Assembly: GCA_038065315.1 (NCBI GenBank)
Contig: JBBTRF010000001.1
Location: 300,776-364,775 of the forward strand
DNA: 64,000 nucleotides
Direction of reading: 5' to 3'
Source of the DNA: Patescibacteria group bacterium
GTDB taxonomy: Bacteria > Patescibacteriota > Minisyncoccia > Phycocordibacterales > JBBTRF01
Part shown: positions 1 through 9,653 of the stretch, piece after piece
Numbering within the stretch: position 1 is the first letter of the stretch
How the letters are laid out: each line of letters opens with the position of its first letter
Program-made: the position numbers and the translations under genes
Notes under the pieces: model-generated
Seen by the model: the letters and a program-made list of their open reading frames with translations, nothing else
Database searches by the model: none
Told to the model about the DNA's origin: nothing

Positions 1-1903
1 CCTTTTCGTCGTCGAACATAAACTCCGCGAGCGCCTTGGTGAGCTCGGTCTTCCCCACCCCGGTCGGGCCGAGGAAGATAAATGAGCCGATCGGACGGTT
101 TGGATCAGCGATACCAACACGCGAACGCTTAATGGTGTCCGAAATTTTCTTCACCGCCTCATTCTGGCCAATGATGCGCTTGTGCAAAAACTCCTCCATA
201 CGCGCGAGCTTCTTCATCTCTTCTTCAAGCATGCGATTCACCGGAATGCCTGTCCAACGCGAGACAATATCGGCAATGTCCGACTCGGTAATCTCCTCTT
301 TCAGGATACGTCGGCCAATCTGCAACTTCTTCAGACGCTTGTTCTTGCTATCGAGCTCTTTCTCAACAGCGGGGATCTTGCCATAGCGAATCTCTGCAGC
401 CTTGGCGAGGTCGGCCCGCGCCTCTGCCTGTTCTGCCTCGAGACGCAACGCTTCGAGCTCGTGCTTCGCGGTCTTAATACCAGTGATGATCTCTTTTTCG
501 TTCTTCCATTTCAATTCCAATTCCGAGGTGGTCTCGCGCAGATCGGCGATCTCTTTGTCGATCTTCTTCACGCGAGCCTTGGCGGTTTTTTTGGTCTTCG
601 CCTCATTTTTCAAAGCCTCATGTTCGATTTGCAGGCGCATAATTTTTCGACGCGTCTCTTCGAGGACCGGTGGCATGTTTTCGAGAGAAATTTTCAGCTG
701 CGAAGCGGCTTCATCGATGAGGTCGACTGCCTTGTCCGGCAAGAATCGATCCGTGATATAGCGGGTACTCAGATTGACCGAAGCGAGAATCGCTTCGTCG
801 CTGATTTTGACGCCGTGGAAGATCTCGTATTTTTCTTTCAGGCCGCGCAGGATGGCCACGGCGTCCTCCGTGCTCGGCTCGCTCACGAACACCGGCTGAA
901 AGCGGCGTGTGAGGGCCGGATCCTTCTCAATATGCTTCTGGAACTCGCGGAGCGTGGTGGCGCCGATCGCGCGAAGCTCGCCGCGAGCGAGCGCGGGCTT
1001 CAGCATGTTCGAAGCATCCATCGAACCTTCCGCAGCACCCGCACCGACGATCGTGTGGATCTCGTCGATGAAAAGAATGATCTTCCCTGCCGACTTCTCC
1101 ACTTCCTTCATGATATTTTTCAAACGCTCTTCAAACTCGCCGCGATACTTCGTACCGGCGATGAGCAAGCCGAGATCAAGCGATACCAATTCTTTGTCCT
1201 TGAGCGACTCTGGCACGTCGCCGCTCGCCATACGCAAAGCCAAGCCTTCGGCGATTGCGGTCTTGCCCACGCCCGCCTCGCCGATCAGAATGGGATTATT
1301 CTTCGTGCGTCGAGACAAAATCTGGATGAGTCGAGAGGTCTCAGTATCGCGACCGATCACTGGGTCGAGCTTGTTCTCTGCTGCGAGCTTGGTGAGGCTA
1401 CGAGTATATTTTGGAATGAATTTAAATTTTTTCGAGCCGTGCGAATCACTGGGCTTCGTCGCTTTCAATTCCTCGAGCACCTTCAATACGGCCGCACGCT
1501 CAATACGGAACTTCGCAATGATCTCCTTCACCGTCCCCTGCACTTCGAGCAACGCAATGAACAAGTGTTCAGTGGAAACAAAATCATCCTTCAACCCCGC
1601 AGCCACCTTACTCGATGCCTCTATCGCTTGAGCCAATTCTGGAGTGAGGTACAGCTGATACGACGGCGCAAGCACCGGAGTGCCCTCCGGAGATTCGATC
1701 GCATCCAAAAGAGAGTCGGTGAGGAGCACCGTATCCACCTCGAGCTTGTCCAAAATCGAAATCACCATACTTTCCTCCTGCAACACAAGAGAAATGAGGA
1801 GGTGTATCGGGTTTACGTGGTTCTGCCCGCGCTCAATAGCGAGCTCGTGGGCTCGACGGATGGCTTCCTTGGCTTTGGTGGTGAAGTGGTTGAGTGGAGG
1901 CAT
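1..1903 (-). CDS. clpB: ATP-dependent chaperone ClpB (ClpB/ClpC family), 3' end outside window
   Basis: Read manually; absent from the ORF track because it runs off the edge. Starts [22 protein letters not shown], has Walker A motifs GEAGVGKT and [23 protein letters not shown] and a long coiled-coil middle region. Confidence 0.9.
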   Translation of the reverse strand, partial: MPPLNHFTTKAKEAIRRAHELAIERGQNHVNPIHLLISLVLQEESMVISILDKLEVDTVLLTDSLLDAIESPEGTPVLAPSYQLYLTPELAQAIEASSKVAAGLKDDFVSTEHLFIALLEVQGTVKEIIAKFRIERAAVLKVLEELKATKPSDSHGSKKFKFIPKYTRSLTKLAAENKLDPVIGRDTETSRLIQILSRRTKNNPILIGEAGVGKTAIAEGLALRMASGDVPESLKDKELVSLDLGLLIAGTKYRGEFEERLKNIMKEVEKSAGKIILFIDEIHTIVGAGAAEGSMDASNMLKPALARGELRAIGATTLREFQKHIEKDPALTRRFQPVFVSEPSTEDAVAILRGLKEKYEIFHGVKISDEAILASVNLSTRYITDRFLPDKAVDLIDEAASQLKISLENMPPVLEETRRKIMRLQIEHEALKNEAKTKKTAKARVKKIDKEIADLRETTSELELKWKNEKEIITGIKTAKHELEALRLEAEQAEARADLAKAAEIRYGKIPAVEKELDSKNKRLKKLQIGRRILKEEITESDIADIVSRWTGIPVNRMLEEEMKKLARMEEFLHKRIIGQNEAVKKISDTIKRSRVGIADPNRPIGSFIFLGPTGVGKTELTKALAEFMFDDEK

Positions 1904-1935
1904 ATACGTAACTATATTCGCCTTCCGGCAGCAAG

Positions 1936-2721
1936 TCAAAGCCCTCTCAGCATCGCCGCCAAACTATTGATTGGCAGAAAATCTGCCGGATTGACGCCGT
2001 CTCGACGAGTCTTAATACCTACGACATCGCCATTGAGAGCAATCAAGGGTTCGGCACTATAGTTGAGCAGTGAATCGGTCTCAATGTTCGAAGGAGTGCC
2101 GTCGGAATTGGTGATGAGGCCGGTGACAGTGCTGCGAGAGATAACGTTGCGGTCTGCTCCAGCGAGCACGATCACATCTTGTCCGATCTTCACCGTATTT
2201 GAATCGCCCATTTTTATCGGCTTCAAGTGATAGTCGAGCTTCGGATCGAGACGCGCCTTGAACACGGCGACCTTAATAGCGTCATTTCGTGCCACGAGGT
2301 CGAGGTCGAGAATTTTTCCATCAGACATCACTGCCAAATACGAGCCGCCTTCCACGACAATGCTCTTGTCCGCGACGATCCAATCTTTTGATACAACAAG
2401 ACCGAGGCCAGCGAAAGTCGGCGGATCAGCATTGACCGTACCCTTGATACGGACGAGGCTCTTGGCATTCTTTTCCACCGCAGAGACTACAAGATCCTCG
2501 GCATTGGCATGACTGCCGTCTTGGGAAATGATCACTGTTGCTGGAGTGCCGCCAGGGACGACTTTTTCCACGGTGCGTTCGATGACGCGGTTGATGGTCT
2601 GGGTGACTCCCTGCGGTGCTTGCTCGACGAGCGCGACTGTCACAATGCCGGTGGCTACGGAAGTAATAAAACTGACCAATAGCGTCACGAGGACGATCTG
2701 ATGTTTCGTGAGCTCTTCCAT
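1936..2721 (-). CDS. Membrane-anchored trypsin/HtrA-like protein, catalytic motifs degenerate
   Basis: Start MEELTKHQIVLV, N-terminal TM helix, trypsin-like segments (MGDSNTVKIGQDVI, PLIALNGDVVGI), no PDZ domain. Confidence 0.7.
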   Translation of the reverse strand: MEELTKHQIVLVTLLVSFITSVATGIVTVALVEQAPQGVTQTINRVIERTVEKVVPGGTPATVIISQDGSHANAEDLVVSAVEKNAKSLVRIKGTVNADPPTFAGLGLVVSKDWIVADKSIVVEGGSYLAVMSDGKILDLDLVARNDAIKVAVFKARLDPKLDYHLKPIKMGDSNTVKIGQDVIVLAGADRNVISRSTVTGLITNSDGTPSNIETDSLLNYSAEPLIALNGDVVGIKTRRDGVNPADFLPINSLAAMLRGL

Positions 2722-2734
2722 GCCGAGTATTGTA

Positions 2735-4084
2735 TCAAATGGAACGCAGCGACTCAACAAGGGCAATGATTGCGCGGTCGATGTCACGCTTGGTCGTCCA
2801 GCGGCCAAAGGAGAAGCGGAGGGCGTGCGGGGTGCGAGGCACGGAAGCGGCCGACAGGATGCCGGCGGCAATGGCGGCGGCTTGCGCGCGGCGGAGCGCG
2901 CGGATCACGTAGGATTCGTCCTCGTCGCGAAGGCAAGCGCTCTTGGTGGAGCACGCGACGCCGCGCGCATCCAATTTCAACAGTAAAAATTCGTGATCAA
3001 TTGGCGGCGCACCAACATCGGTCGGTTGAAACGAAACACTCACAATGTGCGGAGACTGGTGCTGGGAATCAATATCAGATGAGCCGTTCAAAAACAGTTG
3101 AACATGCGGAGTTTTTTTGGCGAGCTTTTCCTGCGCGTGCAGGATGAAATAATTTCGCAACTCCGTGAGTCGCGCCACCTCGCGCTCTCGCAAGCCTTCG
3201 GCAAGCTCGAGCGCCTTCGCCATTCCCACTGCTCCAGGCACATTCTCTGTCCCCGATCGCACACCGCGCTCTTGTCCGCCGCCGTACATGATCGGCATGA
3301 GTTCGATGCCACGCCGCACCCACAGCACCCCAACGCTTCGCGGGCCACACACCTTGTGACTATCGAGAGTAATCAAATCTGCACCGAGTTGCGTGGTCGA
3401 GAGCTTTGCGTAGAGCGGCGACTGACTCGCATCACAATGGAACAGCGGAAACAAGACCTGAGAGAGAGCGTTAGTATCTCTCGCGATCATTCCAGCAAGC
3501 ACATTTTCTTTTCGAGCCTTGCGCACCGCTTTCGCCACTTCGTCGATCGGTTGAACGGTGCCGATCTCGTTGTTTACCGACATCACCGAGACCAAAAATG
3601 TATTGGGGCGAAGTTTTTTGCGCAGCTCAGCAACATCAACGCTGCCGGTTGCATCAATTGAAAGATGTTCAACTGTCACGCCAACCTCGCTAAGGTGTCG
3701 CATCGATTCAAGCACAGAAGTGTGCTCGATTTCTGAGACGAGGCAGTGCAGATCGCTCGGCTTCAAGCCGTACCCACCGAGGGTCTTTGGCATGACGAGT
3801 TTTTTGAATAGACCAAAGATGGCAAGATTGTTCGCTTCGGTGCCAGTGGCCACAAACAAGATTTCGTCGGCGTGAGCATTCAGCGTGCGCGCCACCCTAG
3901 CCCGTGCTTCGGAGAGCGCACGTCGAGCGTGCACGCCATCCGCATGAATCGCCGATGGGTTGGCAAAATGCCGTTGCACGGTCTGCGCAATCTCTCGAGA
4001 CACACGAATATCCGGCGGCGTCAGTGCAGCGTAATCCAAATATATTCGTGATTTTTGGGCCAATCTATTGAGGAAATCCAACAT
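2735..4084 (-). CDS. iscS: Cysteine desulfurase (IscS/NifS, PLP-dependent)
   Basis: IYLDYAALTP, NNEIGTVQP, PLP-lysine DSHKVCGP, GGGQERGVRSGTEN, catalytic SAC. Confidence 0.9.
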   Translation of the reverse strand: MLDFLNRLAQKSRIYLDYAALTPPDIRVSREIAQTVQRHFANPSAIHADGVHARRALSEARARVARTLNAHADEILFVATGTEANNLAIFGLFKKLVMPKTLGGYGLKPSDLHCLVSEIEHTSVLESMRHLSEVGVTVEHLSIDATGSVDVAELRKKLRPNTFLVSVMSVNNEIGTVQPIDEVAKAVRKARKENVLAGMIARDTNALSQVLFPLFHCDASQSPLYAKLSTTQLGADLITLDSHKVCGPRSVGVLWVRRGIELMPIMYGGGQERGVRSGTENVPGAVGMAKALELAEGLREREVARLTELRNYFILHAQEKLAKKTPHVQLFLNGSSDIDSQHQSPHIVSVSFQPTDVGAPPIDHEFLLLKLDARGVACSTKSACLRDEDESYVIRALRRAQAAAIAAGILSAASVPRTPHALRFSFGRWTTKRDIDRAIIALVESLRSI

Positions 4085-4148
4085 ACCAAGATGGTATCCC
4101 ACAACAGCGCTTTTTGCAAAAAGTCAACAAAAGAGGTATAGTATCGAG

Positions 4149-4637
4149 ATGACTTTTGATGTTAGTTCAATTCCTTTGAACCTGCTTTTGTACGCAGTTT
4201 CTGGCATTGTCCTGATACTCATCGTGCTCATTGTCCATCTGGAAGTCCGCGTCCACCGGTTGCTCGTCGGCAAGAATGCCAAGAGTCTGGAGGACACGGT
4301 ACTCCATATCAAAAAAGGGCTTGCAGAAAGCGAAGATTTTCAGCGAGAGATGGAGAAATACCTCACACTCGTAGAACGACGCTTGTCGAGAAGCACCCGC
4401 GCCGTTGAGACCGTGCGTTTCAACGCCTTCAAAGGCATCGGCGCGGGTGGCAACATGAGCTTCGCCACAGCCTACGTCAACGAAAAAGGCGACGGAGTTG
4501 TGATCTCCACCCTCAATGCCCGCGAGCGACTCGGCATCTTCGCGAAGCCCCTCAAGAATTTTATCTCAGAATTCGAACTCTCTCCGGAAGAAGAGGAGGC
4601 GATCTCAAAAGCGAAGCACGCGCTGACGATCCAATAA
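4149..4637 (+). CDS. DUF4446-family membrane protein
   Basis: N-terminal TM helix, VRFNAF..GGNMSFA, GDGVVISTL, ELSPEEEEAI. Confidence 0.75.
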   Translation: MTFDVSSIPLNLLLYAVSGIVLILIVLIVHLEVRVHRLLVGKNAKSLEDTVLHIKKGLAESEDFQREMEKYLTLVERRLSRSTRAVETVRFNAFKGIGAGGNMSFATAYVNEKGDGVVISTLNARERLGIFAKPLKNFISEFELSPEEEEAISKAKHALTIQ

Positions 4638-4683
4638 TCCCACATCGGCCCGCCGATACCCTCACCTCCCCACTTTCATCACC

Positions 4684-6231
4684 ATGTCCAAAAAAACTCC
4701 TGCGATTTCAACGACGATCATTGAGCGACCACCGGTCGTCGCTGTCATGGGGCACATTGACCACGGTAAGTCCACCTTGCTTGACCATATTCGCAAAACC
4801 AACACCTGCGCCAAGGAAGCCGGCGGCATCACCCAACACATCGCGGCATACGAAGTTTGTCATACGCGCGGTACCAAGAAAAACCTCATCACCTTTCTCG
4901 ACACTCCGGGCCACGCCGCTTTCAAAGGCATTCGTGTCCGCGGCGCCAATGTTGCTGACATCGCCATTCTCATCGTCTCGGCCGAAGAAGGCGTGAAGCC
5001 ACAGACCGTCGAAGCACTTAATTGTATTAAGGAAGCCGGTATCCCCTACATCGTCGGCATCAACAAAATGGATTCGCCAAAGGCCAATCTCGAACGCACC
5101 AAGCAGAGCCTCGCGGAACACGAAATCTACATCGAAGGCTACGGCGGCCAGATCTCTTGGGCTGGCATCTCCGGCAAAACCGGCGAAGGTGTTCCCGAAC
5201 TCCTTGACCTCGTCCTCCTCACCGCTGAATTGGCCGAACTCAAAGGTGACCTCTCGAAAAAAGCAGAAGGTATCGTCATCGAAAGCAAGCTCGATCCGCG
5301 CAAGGGCATTTCTGGTACGCTCATCATCAAAGACGGCACCTTGAAAAAAGGAACGTTCGTCGTCTGCGACACCAGCATCACTCCAGTACGGGCGATCGAA
5401 GATTTCACGGGCGCACGCATCGAAGAGGCGCGCTTCTCTAGCCCAGTAAAGCTTCTTGGATTCGACTCCACCCCCACCATCGGCGAGATTTTCCGTGTCT
5501 TCGACAACAAACGCGACGCTGAAGCGGCGGTAGCGGAAGCAGTGACGAAGAAAAGCGCGGCAAAGATCGGAAAAAGTGGTGCGAAAAATGGAGCCGGTGC
5601 AACTGTCGCAGTCGATGCAAGCGAAAGTGTCACCATCACCCTCATCATCAAAGCCGATGTTTCCGGTACCATGGAAGCGATCCAGCATGAAATCGCCAAG
5701 ATCAAAAATGACAAAGTGCAGATCAAGCTCGTGCAGTCTGGTGTCGGCACGATCACCGAAGCGGATGTGAAGATGGCTGTAGTACAACCCGGCACGAAAA
5801 TCCTCGGCTTCAATGTTGCCGTCGATACACAAGCCAAGATGATGGGCGAGCGGTTAAACGTCGAGATGCATTCGTTCGACATCATCTACAAGCTCATTGA
5901 ATGGATCGAGGAGACCGTGACAAAAAATGTGCCGAAGATCACCGCCGAAGAAGTCTCCGGCACAGCGAAGATCCTTAAAATATTTAGCAAGACCAAAGAC
6001 AAGCAAGTGGTGGGCGGTCGTGTGCTCGGTGGTATCGTAAACATTGGTGCGGATGTACGCATCATGCGTCGTGACTCTGAAATCGGCAAAGGCAAGATCC
6101 GCGAGCTCCAGCAGAAGAAAGAGAAGGTCAGCGAGGTCAACAAAGACAGCGAATTTGGCACCATGATCGAATCGAAGATCGAGATCGCGCCTGGCGACCA
6201 GATCGAGTGTTATTCATTAGTTACTAAGTAA
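4684..6231 (+). CDS. infB: Translation initiation factor IF-2 (short form lacking N-domain)
   Basis: [39 protein letters not shown]. Confidence 0.97.
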   Translation: MSKKTPAISTTIIERPPVVAVMGHIDHGKSTLLDHIRKTNTCAKEAGGITQHIAAYEVCHTRGTKKNLITFLDTPGHAAFKGIRVRGANVADIAILIVSAEEGVKPQTVEALNCIKEAGIPYIVGINKMDSPKANLERTKQSLAEHEIYIEGYGGQISWAGISGKTGEGVPELLDLVLLTAELAELKGDLSKKAEGIVIESKLDPRKGISGTLIIKDGTLKKGTFVVCDTSITPVRAIEDFTGARIEEARFSSPVKLLGFDSTPTIGEIFRVFDNKRDAEAAVAEAVTKKSAAKIGKSGAKNGAGATVAVDASESVTITLIIKADVSGTMEAIQHEIAKIKNDKVQIKLVQSGVGTITEADVKMAVVQPGTKILGFNVAVDTQAKMMGERLNVEMHSFDIIYKLIEWIEETVTKNVPKITAEEVSGTAKILKIFSKTKDKQVVGGRVLGGIVNIGADVRIMRRDSEIGKGKIRELQQKKEKVSEVNKDSEFGTMIESKIEIAPGDQIECYSLVTK

Positions 6232-6256
6232 TCGAGCGGCCGTCGCTCCCCCACCC

Positions 6257-6574
6257 ATGCACCGCAAAGACGAAAAAGCCCGCGAGATTGTCCGAGCCTT
6301 GGCAGGCGACTTTTTGCAACGTGAGTCGAACGGCTCTTCGATGGTCACTGTCACCGACGTCGAAATGGGCGACCAGGGTCGACGTGCCACCGTGTATTTC
6401 ACCGTGTTGCCTGTCGACAAGGAGCACGCCGTGGTGGAATTCCTCGTCCGCAAGCGCGGCGATTTCCAAAACTACGTCCGCGAGAAGTCCCGCATCGGCC
6501 GTGTTCCCCTCTTCGACTTCGCCGTGGACAAAGGTGAGAAGCACCGCCAGCGCATTGATGAGTTGATGCGGTAG
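6257..6574 (+). CDS. rbfA: Ribosome-binding factor A
   Basis: Directly after infB; MVTVTDVE, RVPLFDFAVDKG..RIDELM. Confidence 0.85.
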   Translation: MHRKDEKAREIVRALAGDFLQRESNGSSMVTVTDVEMGDQGRRATVYFTVLPVDKEHAVVEFLVRKRGDFQNYVREKSRIGRVPLFDFAVDKGEKHRQRIDELMR

Positions 6575-6591
6575 TGCTAGACTGTTCGCAT

Positions 6592-6665
6592 GGCGTAGTG
6601 GCGAAGTTGGTCAACGCGGCAGTCTGCAAAACTGCTATGCGCCGGTTCGATCCCGGCCTACGCCT
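6592..6665 (+). tRNA. tRNA-Cys(GCA)
   Basis: Acceptor GGCGTAG/CTACGCC, anticodon loop CTGCAAA, T-loop TTCGATC. Confidence 0.93.
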
Positions 6666-6724
6666 CCTCAAGAAGTAAAACTCGCAGAAGTGTCGAAGTA
6701 TGGTATGGCATTCAACAGTAAAGC

Positions 6725-6824
6725 CGGTGTCCGCTGACATTTTCCCGTACCCGCGGATTTTGCTTCCTTTTTGCATACTTTTGGAAGCAAAATCCGCGGG
6801 CACTCAAAATCACCGCGACACCCC
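6725..6824 (+). repeat. Dispersed palindromic repeat family C, divergent copy
   Basis: Perfect 18-bp inverted repeat CCCGCGGATTTTGCTTCC/GGAAGCAAAATCCGCGGG plus tail CACTCAAAATCACCGCGACACCCC, resembling copies at 50013 and 56049. Confidence 0.6.
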
Positions 6825-6871
6825 CACTCGCCTCATCCTCGTATTCAAAAAATATGATACTCTAATAAAAA

Positions 6872-6954
6872 GCCCGGGTGGCGTAATTGGTAGCCGCGCA
6901 CCACTTAAAATGGTGTTCCCAAAAGGAATGTGGGTTCGAGTCCCACCCCAGGCA
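6872..6954 (+). tRNA. tRNA-Leu(TAA)
   Basis: Anticodon arm CACCA-CTTAAAA-TGGTG, long variable arm, TTCGAGT; one C:A mismatch in the acceptor stem. Confidence 0.9.
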
Positions 6955-6955
6955 C

Positions 6956-7372
6956 ATGATAAATGAAATCGAAAAACATCTGAAAAATTTGGACTGTCTC
7001 GTACTACTCACTGACGACCTCAAAAAGGCGGCGGCGTTTTACCAATCGCTCGGTTTCGATTGTATCCGCTCCGATGGCAAAGGCGTGATGCTCAAACTTG
7101 GCGCTTTCGAGATCCATTTTCACGAAAAGGAGGAATATGCTCTTGGCTTTAGAAAAAACTTGCCCACCGACTTGCATCACAGCAAGAAAGGCCTGGGTGT
7201 TTTAATTCAAATCGAGGTAGATAACGCAGAGACCTATCACACGGAATTGCTGGCGAAGGGGCTGAGACCGATTGAATCACCTGAAAAAATGCCTTGGGGC
7301 AACATCGAATTTGGCATTCAGGACCCAGACGGATACACTCTTTGTTTTTATGAGTTGCCGAAAGCACAGTAG
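6956..7372 (+). CDS. VOC/glyoxalase-family protein
   Basis: DLKKAAAFYQSLGF ... MPWGNIEFGIQDPDGYTL. Confidence 0.85.
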   Translation: MINEIEKHLKNLDCLVLLTDDLKKAAAFYQSLGFDCIRSDGKGVMLKLGAFEIHFHEKEEYALGFRKNLPTDLHHSKKGLGVLIQIEVDNAETYHTELLAKGLRPIESPEKMPWGNIEFGIQDPDGYTLCFYELPKAQ

Positions 7373-7474
7373 ACAGAGTTGACGCAGGAACAAAAGAGCG
7401 TAGCATTAGAAATGGACCGGCGTGTGCCGAATCCTCTTTTCAAAACAACAACCCTCAACACAAGGAGGTCGACG

Positions 7475-8215
7475 GTGAACGCAACACTACCAGAAACAAC
7501 AAGGACGTCTGGCCAGGACACGAACCTGACAAGCAGTCGTCATCGCGGTCACAACAACACCAAACACACCGGCGGTATTCGGCAGAACAGCCGTGAACGC
7601 CGGTGGGCACAGCGACACGATTCCCTGCGCGCCACGATCCTCCAGAACTGCGGACTCATGCCGCTCACCGCAAGCGAAGCGGAGCAGCACAGGCTACAGG
7701 TGAAGCAGCAATTCTTCGCCGACCTCGCTGAATGGGTGCGGACGTCGCCGACGTTGGCTCGTCAACTCGCCATGAGCTGGAAGTTTCCGGCGATCATCAT
7801 GAGTCTCGGCTTCCTGCTCGGCTTGGCTTTTGGTAGCATGTTCGCTTGGGTTGGCCTGGCATCTGTGTATGCCTTTGGCGGCTGGTTGAAAGAGGCCATC
7901 AAGGAAGCCTCGGATACCAAGGCTTACCGCCATGAAGCGAGCACAAGAATCGCAGCTTACGCCAAGTGGAAGGTCGGGCAGAGTTGGACATGCAAACCCT
8001 ATGAGATGTTCCTCTTGCTATCAGCACTCAAAGCCCCCGAGAAACTCCAGCAGGCAGTGCTGAAGATCGAAGCTCGGCATCCAGATGCAGAGTTCGAGCT
8101 AGAGACCTTCGACGAAGACCCGATACTGTCGGTTCGGCGCCCGAAGATGACTGGCGGCTACGAACACTACGTGCTCGGCGCTTGGGGCCTGCCGGAGAAG
8201 TTCACGTTCCGCTGA
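7475..8215 (+). CDS. Hypothetical membrane protein (orphan)
   Basis: GTG start after AGGAGGT; two hydrophobic segments; terminator at about 8387-8421. Confidence 0.6.
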   Translation: MNATLPETTRTSGQDTNLTSSRHRGHNNTKHTGGIRQNSRERRWAQRHDSLRATILQNCGLMPLTASEAEQHRLQVKQQFFADLAEWVRTSPTLARQLAMSWKFPAIIMSLGFLLGLAFGSMFAWVGLASVYAFGGWLKEAIKEASDTKAYRHEASTRIAAYAKWKVGQSWTCKPYEMFLLLSALKAPEKLQQAVLKIEARHPDAEFELETFDEDPILSVRRPKMTGGYEHYVLGAWGLPEKFTFR

Positions 8216-8461
8216 GCGAGAAGCCAGCAAAGGCTCGGCAAGACTCAGACTCGAAAATCCGAAGCGGTGCGCCCGTCTCGGCCGTGCACAATGCCGGCAA
8301 GCTGGACGTGCCGATCGCTCTTCGCAATCCCTCGCTCGGCCAAGCCTGACCACGACGTCTCGCACTGCATCACTTCGACACCCTCACGCGTCGCCCCGTT
8401 TCACGTGGGCGGCGCTTTTTTCTTGCGAATCCCCCAGAAATCTGTTATATTTTCCCGACAT

Positions 8462-8534
8462 GCACCTATAGCTCAGTTGGTAGAGCATCCGCCTCTTAAG
8501 CGGTAGGTCGTAGGTTCGAATCCTACTGGGTGCA
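8462..8534 (+). tRNA. tRNA-Lys(CTT)
   Basis: GCACCTA/TGGGTGC acceptor, loop CTCTTAA, TTCGAAT. Confidence 0.93.
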
Positions 8535-8671
8535 CCTGACGAAACAAATCCGGACCATTCCCGGATTTTTTCGTACAGGTGCAAGCCGGAGGCATGTTTT
8601 GTCAGCAGGCAAAACAGCCGAGGCGGGGTCGAGGAAATTTCTGAGCGACGGCGAAGAAATTATCCGTGACC
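8535..8671 (+). repeat. tRNA-trailer element, core type A, with truncated antisense arm
   Basis: Fold-back TGCACCTG..CAGGTGCA onto the tRNA 3' end, then AGCCGGA-hairpin-GAGGCGGGGTCGAGG...CCGTGACC, matching the Leu(TAG) element. Confidence 0.7.
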
Positions 8672-8697
8672 ACTCAAATATGCTACGATACCCCTAT

Positions 8698-8781
8698 GCG
8701 CGGGTGGTGAAATGGCAGACACGCTTGCCTTAGGAGCAAGTGCCGCAAGGCATGGAGGTTCAAGTCCTCTCCCGCGCACCA
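8698..8781 (+). tRNA. tRNA-Leu(TAG)
   Basis: GCGCGGG/CCCGCGC acceptor, CTTGC-CTTAGGA-GCAAG, encoded CCA. Confidence 0.95.
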
Positions 8782-8939
8782 TATGAAAAATGGCCGACTC
8801 TCTGTCGGCTTTTTTTCATACCAAAGCGGAGAGGACTTGAAAGCCGGAAGAAAAGCTTCGGGGAAGCTTTTCTGAGGCGGGGCCGAGAGGCTTCGAGCAC
8901 AGCGAGAAGAACTCGTGGCCAAGCCTCTCCCGCGCACCA
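8782..8939 (+). repeat. tRNA-trailer element: antisense tRNA arm + core type A + sense repeat of tRNA 3' end
   Basis: 8826-8841 GCGGAGAGGACTTGAA is antisense to the tRNA T-arm/acceptor; 8920-8939 CAAGCCTCTCCCGCGCACCA repeats the tRNA 3' end. Confidence 0.85.
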
Positions 8940-8940
8940 C

Positions 8941-8969
8941 TTGACGAAGTACCGTATTACTGATATGCT
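8941..8969 (+). promoter_or_regulatory. Sigma70-type promoter
   Basis: TTGACG-17 bp-TATGCT upstream of the receiver-domain gene. Confidence 0.6.
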
Positions 8970-9007
8970 ACTTTTTGTTCTCAACCAAAACTGCGGTCTT
9001 TGAAACC

Positions 9008-9385
9008 ATGAAAATCTTCATCGCGGAAGACGAGCTATCGCTCGCCAGAGTCCTCTCTGAATTCCTGCCAAAAGCCATTGAGGGGGCTGATGTGACTCTC
9101 AAGGCTGACGGCATCGAAGCCGTTACCACATTGCAGGTCATCGCCACTGGCGACAAAGCCAATTGGCCAGACGTCATCTTGAGCGACTACCACCTCGGAG
9201 GCCTCAATGGCGACGCGGTCCTCCAAGTCGGGGCAAAGCTCTTCCCTAGCGCTCAGCTCATCCTTATGAGCGGCGCTGCGGATGCGGACAATATCGAGCG
9301 CGCACGAGCAACGATTTCTCGGCCATTTCTCTTCCTAAGCAAGCCCTTCATGCTCAGCGAACTGCTTGCCCTGATCAAGGCCTGA
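9008..9385 (+). CDS. Single-domain response regulator (receiver)
   Basis: MKIFIAEDE, PDVILSDYHLGGLNG (phospho-Asp), ILMSG, FLSKPF. Confidence 0.88.
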   Translation: MKIFIAEDELSLARVLSEFLPKAIEGADVTLKADGIEAVTTLQVIATGDKANWPDVILSDYHLGGLNGDAVLQVGAKLFPSAQLILMSGAADADNIERARATISRPFLFLSKPFMLSELLALIKA

Positions 9386-9408
9386 GGCGACATTCGCTCC
9401 TCTCACTC

Positions 9409-9447
9409 CCGCCCTTTCCGGCCATCACCGGAAAGGGCGTTTTCTTT
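9409..9447 (+). terminator. Rho-independent terminator
   Basis: CGCCCTTTCCGG-loop-CCGGAAAGGGCG followed by a T-run. Confidence 0.7.
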
Positions 9448-9653
9448 TGCCCGCACAACAACCGGCACACCCAAAACCGTGCCTCAACAAAGCCATTCCA
9501 CGACACCCGCTACCACTCCTTCCGCCACTTGACTTTTACCTTTTTATATGCTATCATTCACACCAGAACAACCGGCGCCGAACAACTCAAAAAAAGCGCC
9601 AGAAACCCCTGCCCGAAGCGGCAAAACCGCTTCCCTGACAACCTAGCAAAACT

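Noticed and set aside
182-2062. 626-aa plus-strand ORF
   Set aside because: Antisense shadow of clpB; no motifs of its own.
8216-8421. Long GC-rich 3' region after the orphan ORF as a possible ncRNA
   Set aside because: Some pairing is possible, but there is no promoter, second copy or recognisable motif beyond the terminator.
8761-8939. Prophage or genomic island bounded by attL/attR
   Set aside because: The repeats enclose only about 140 bp, with no integrase or cargo; reported instead as a trailer element.
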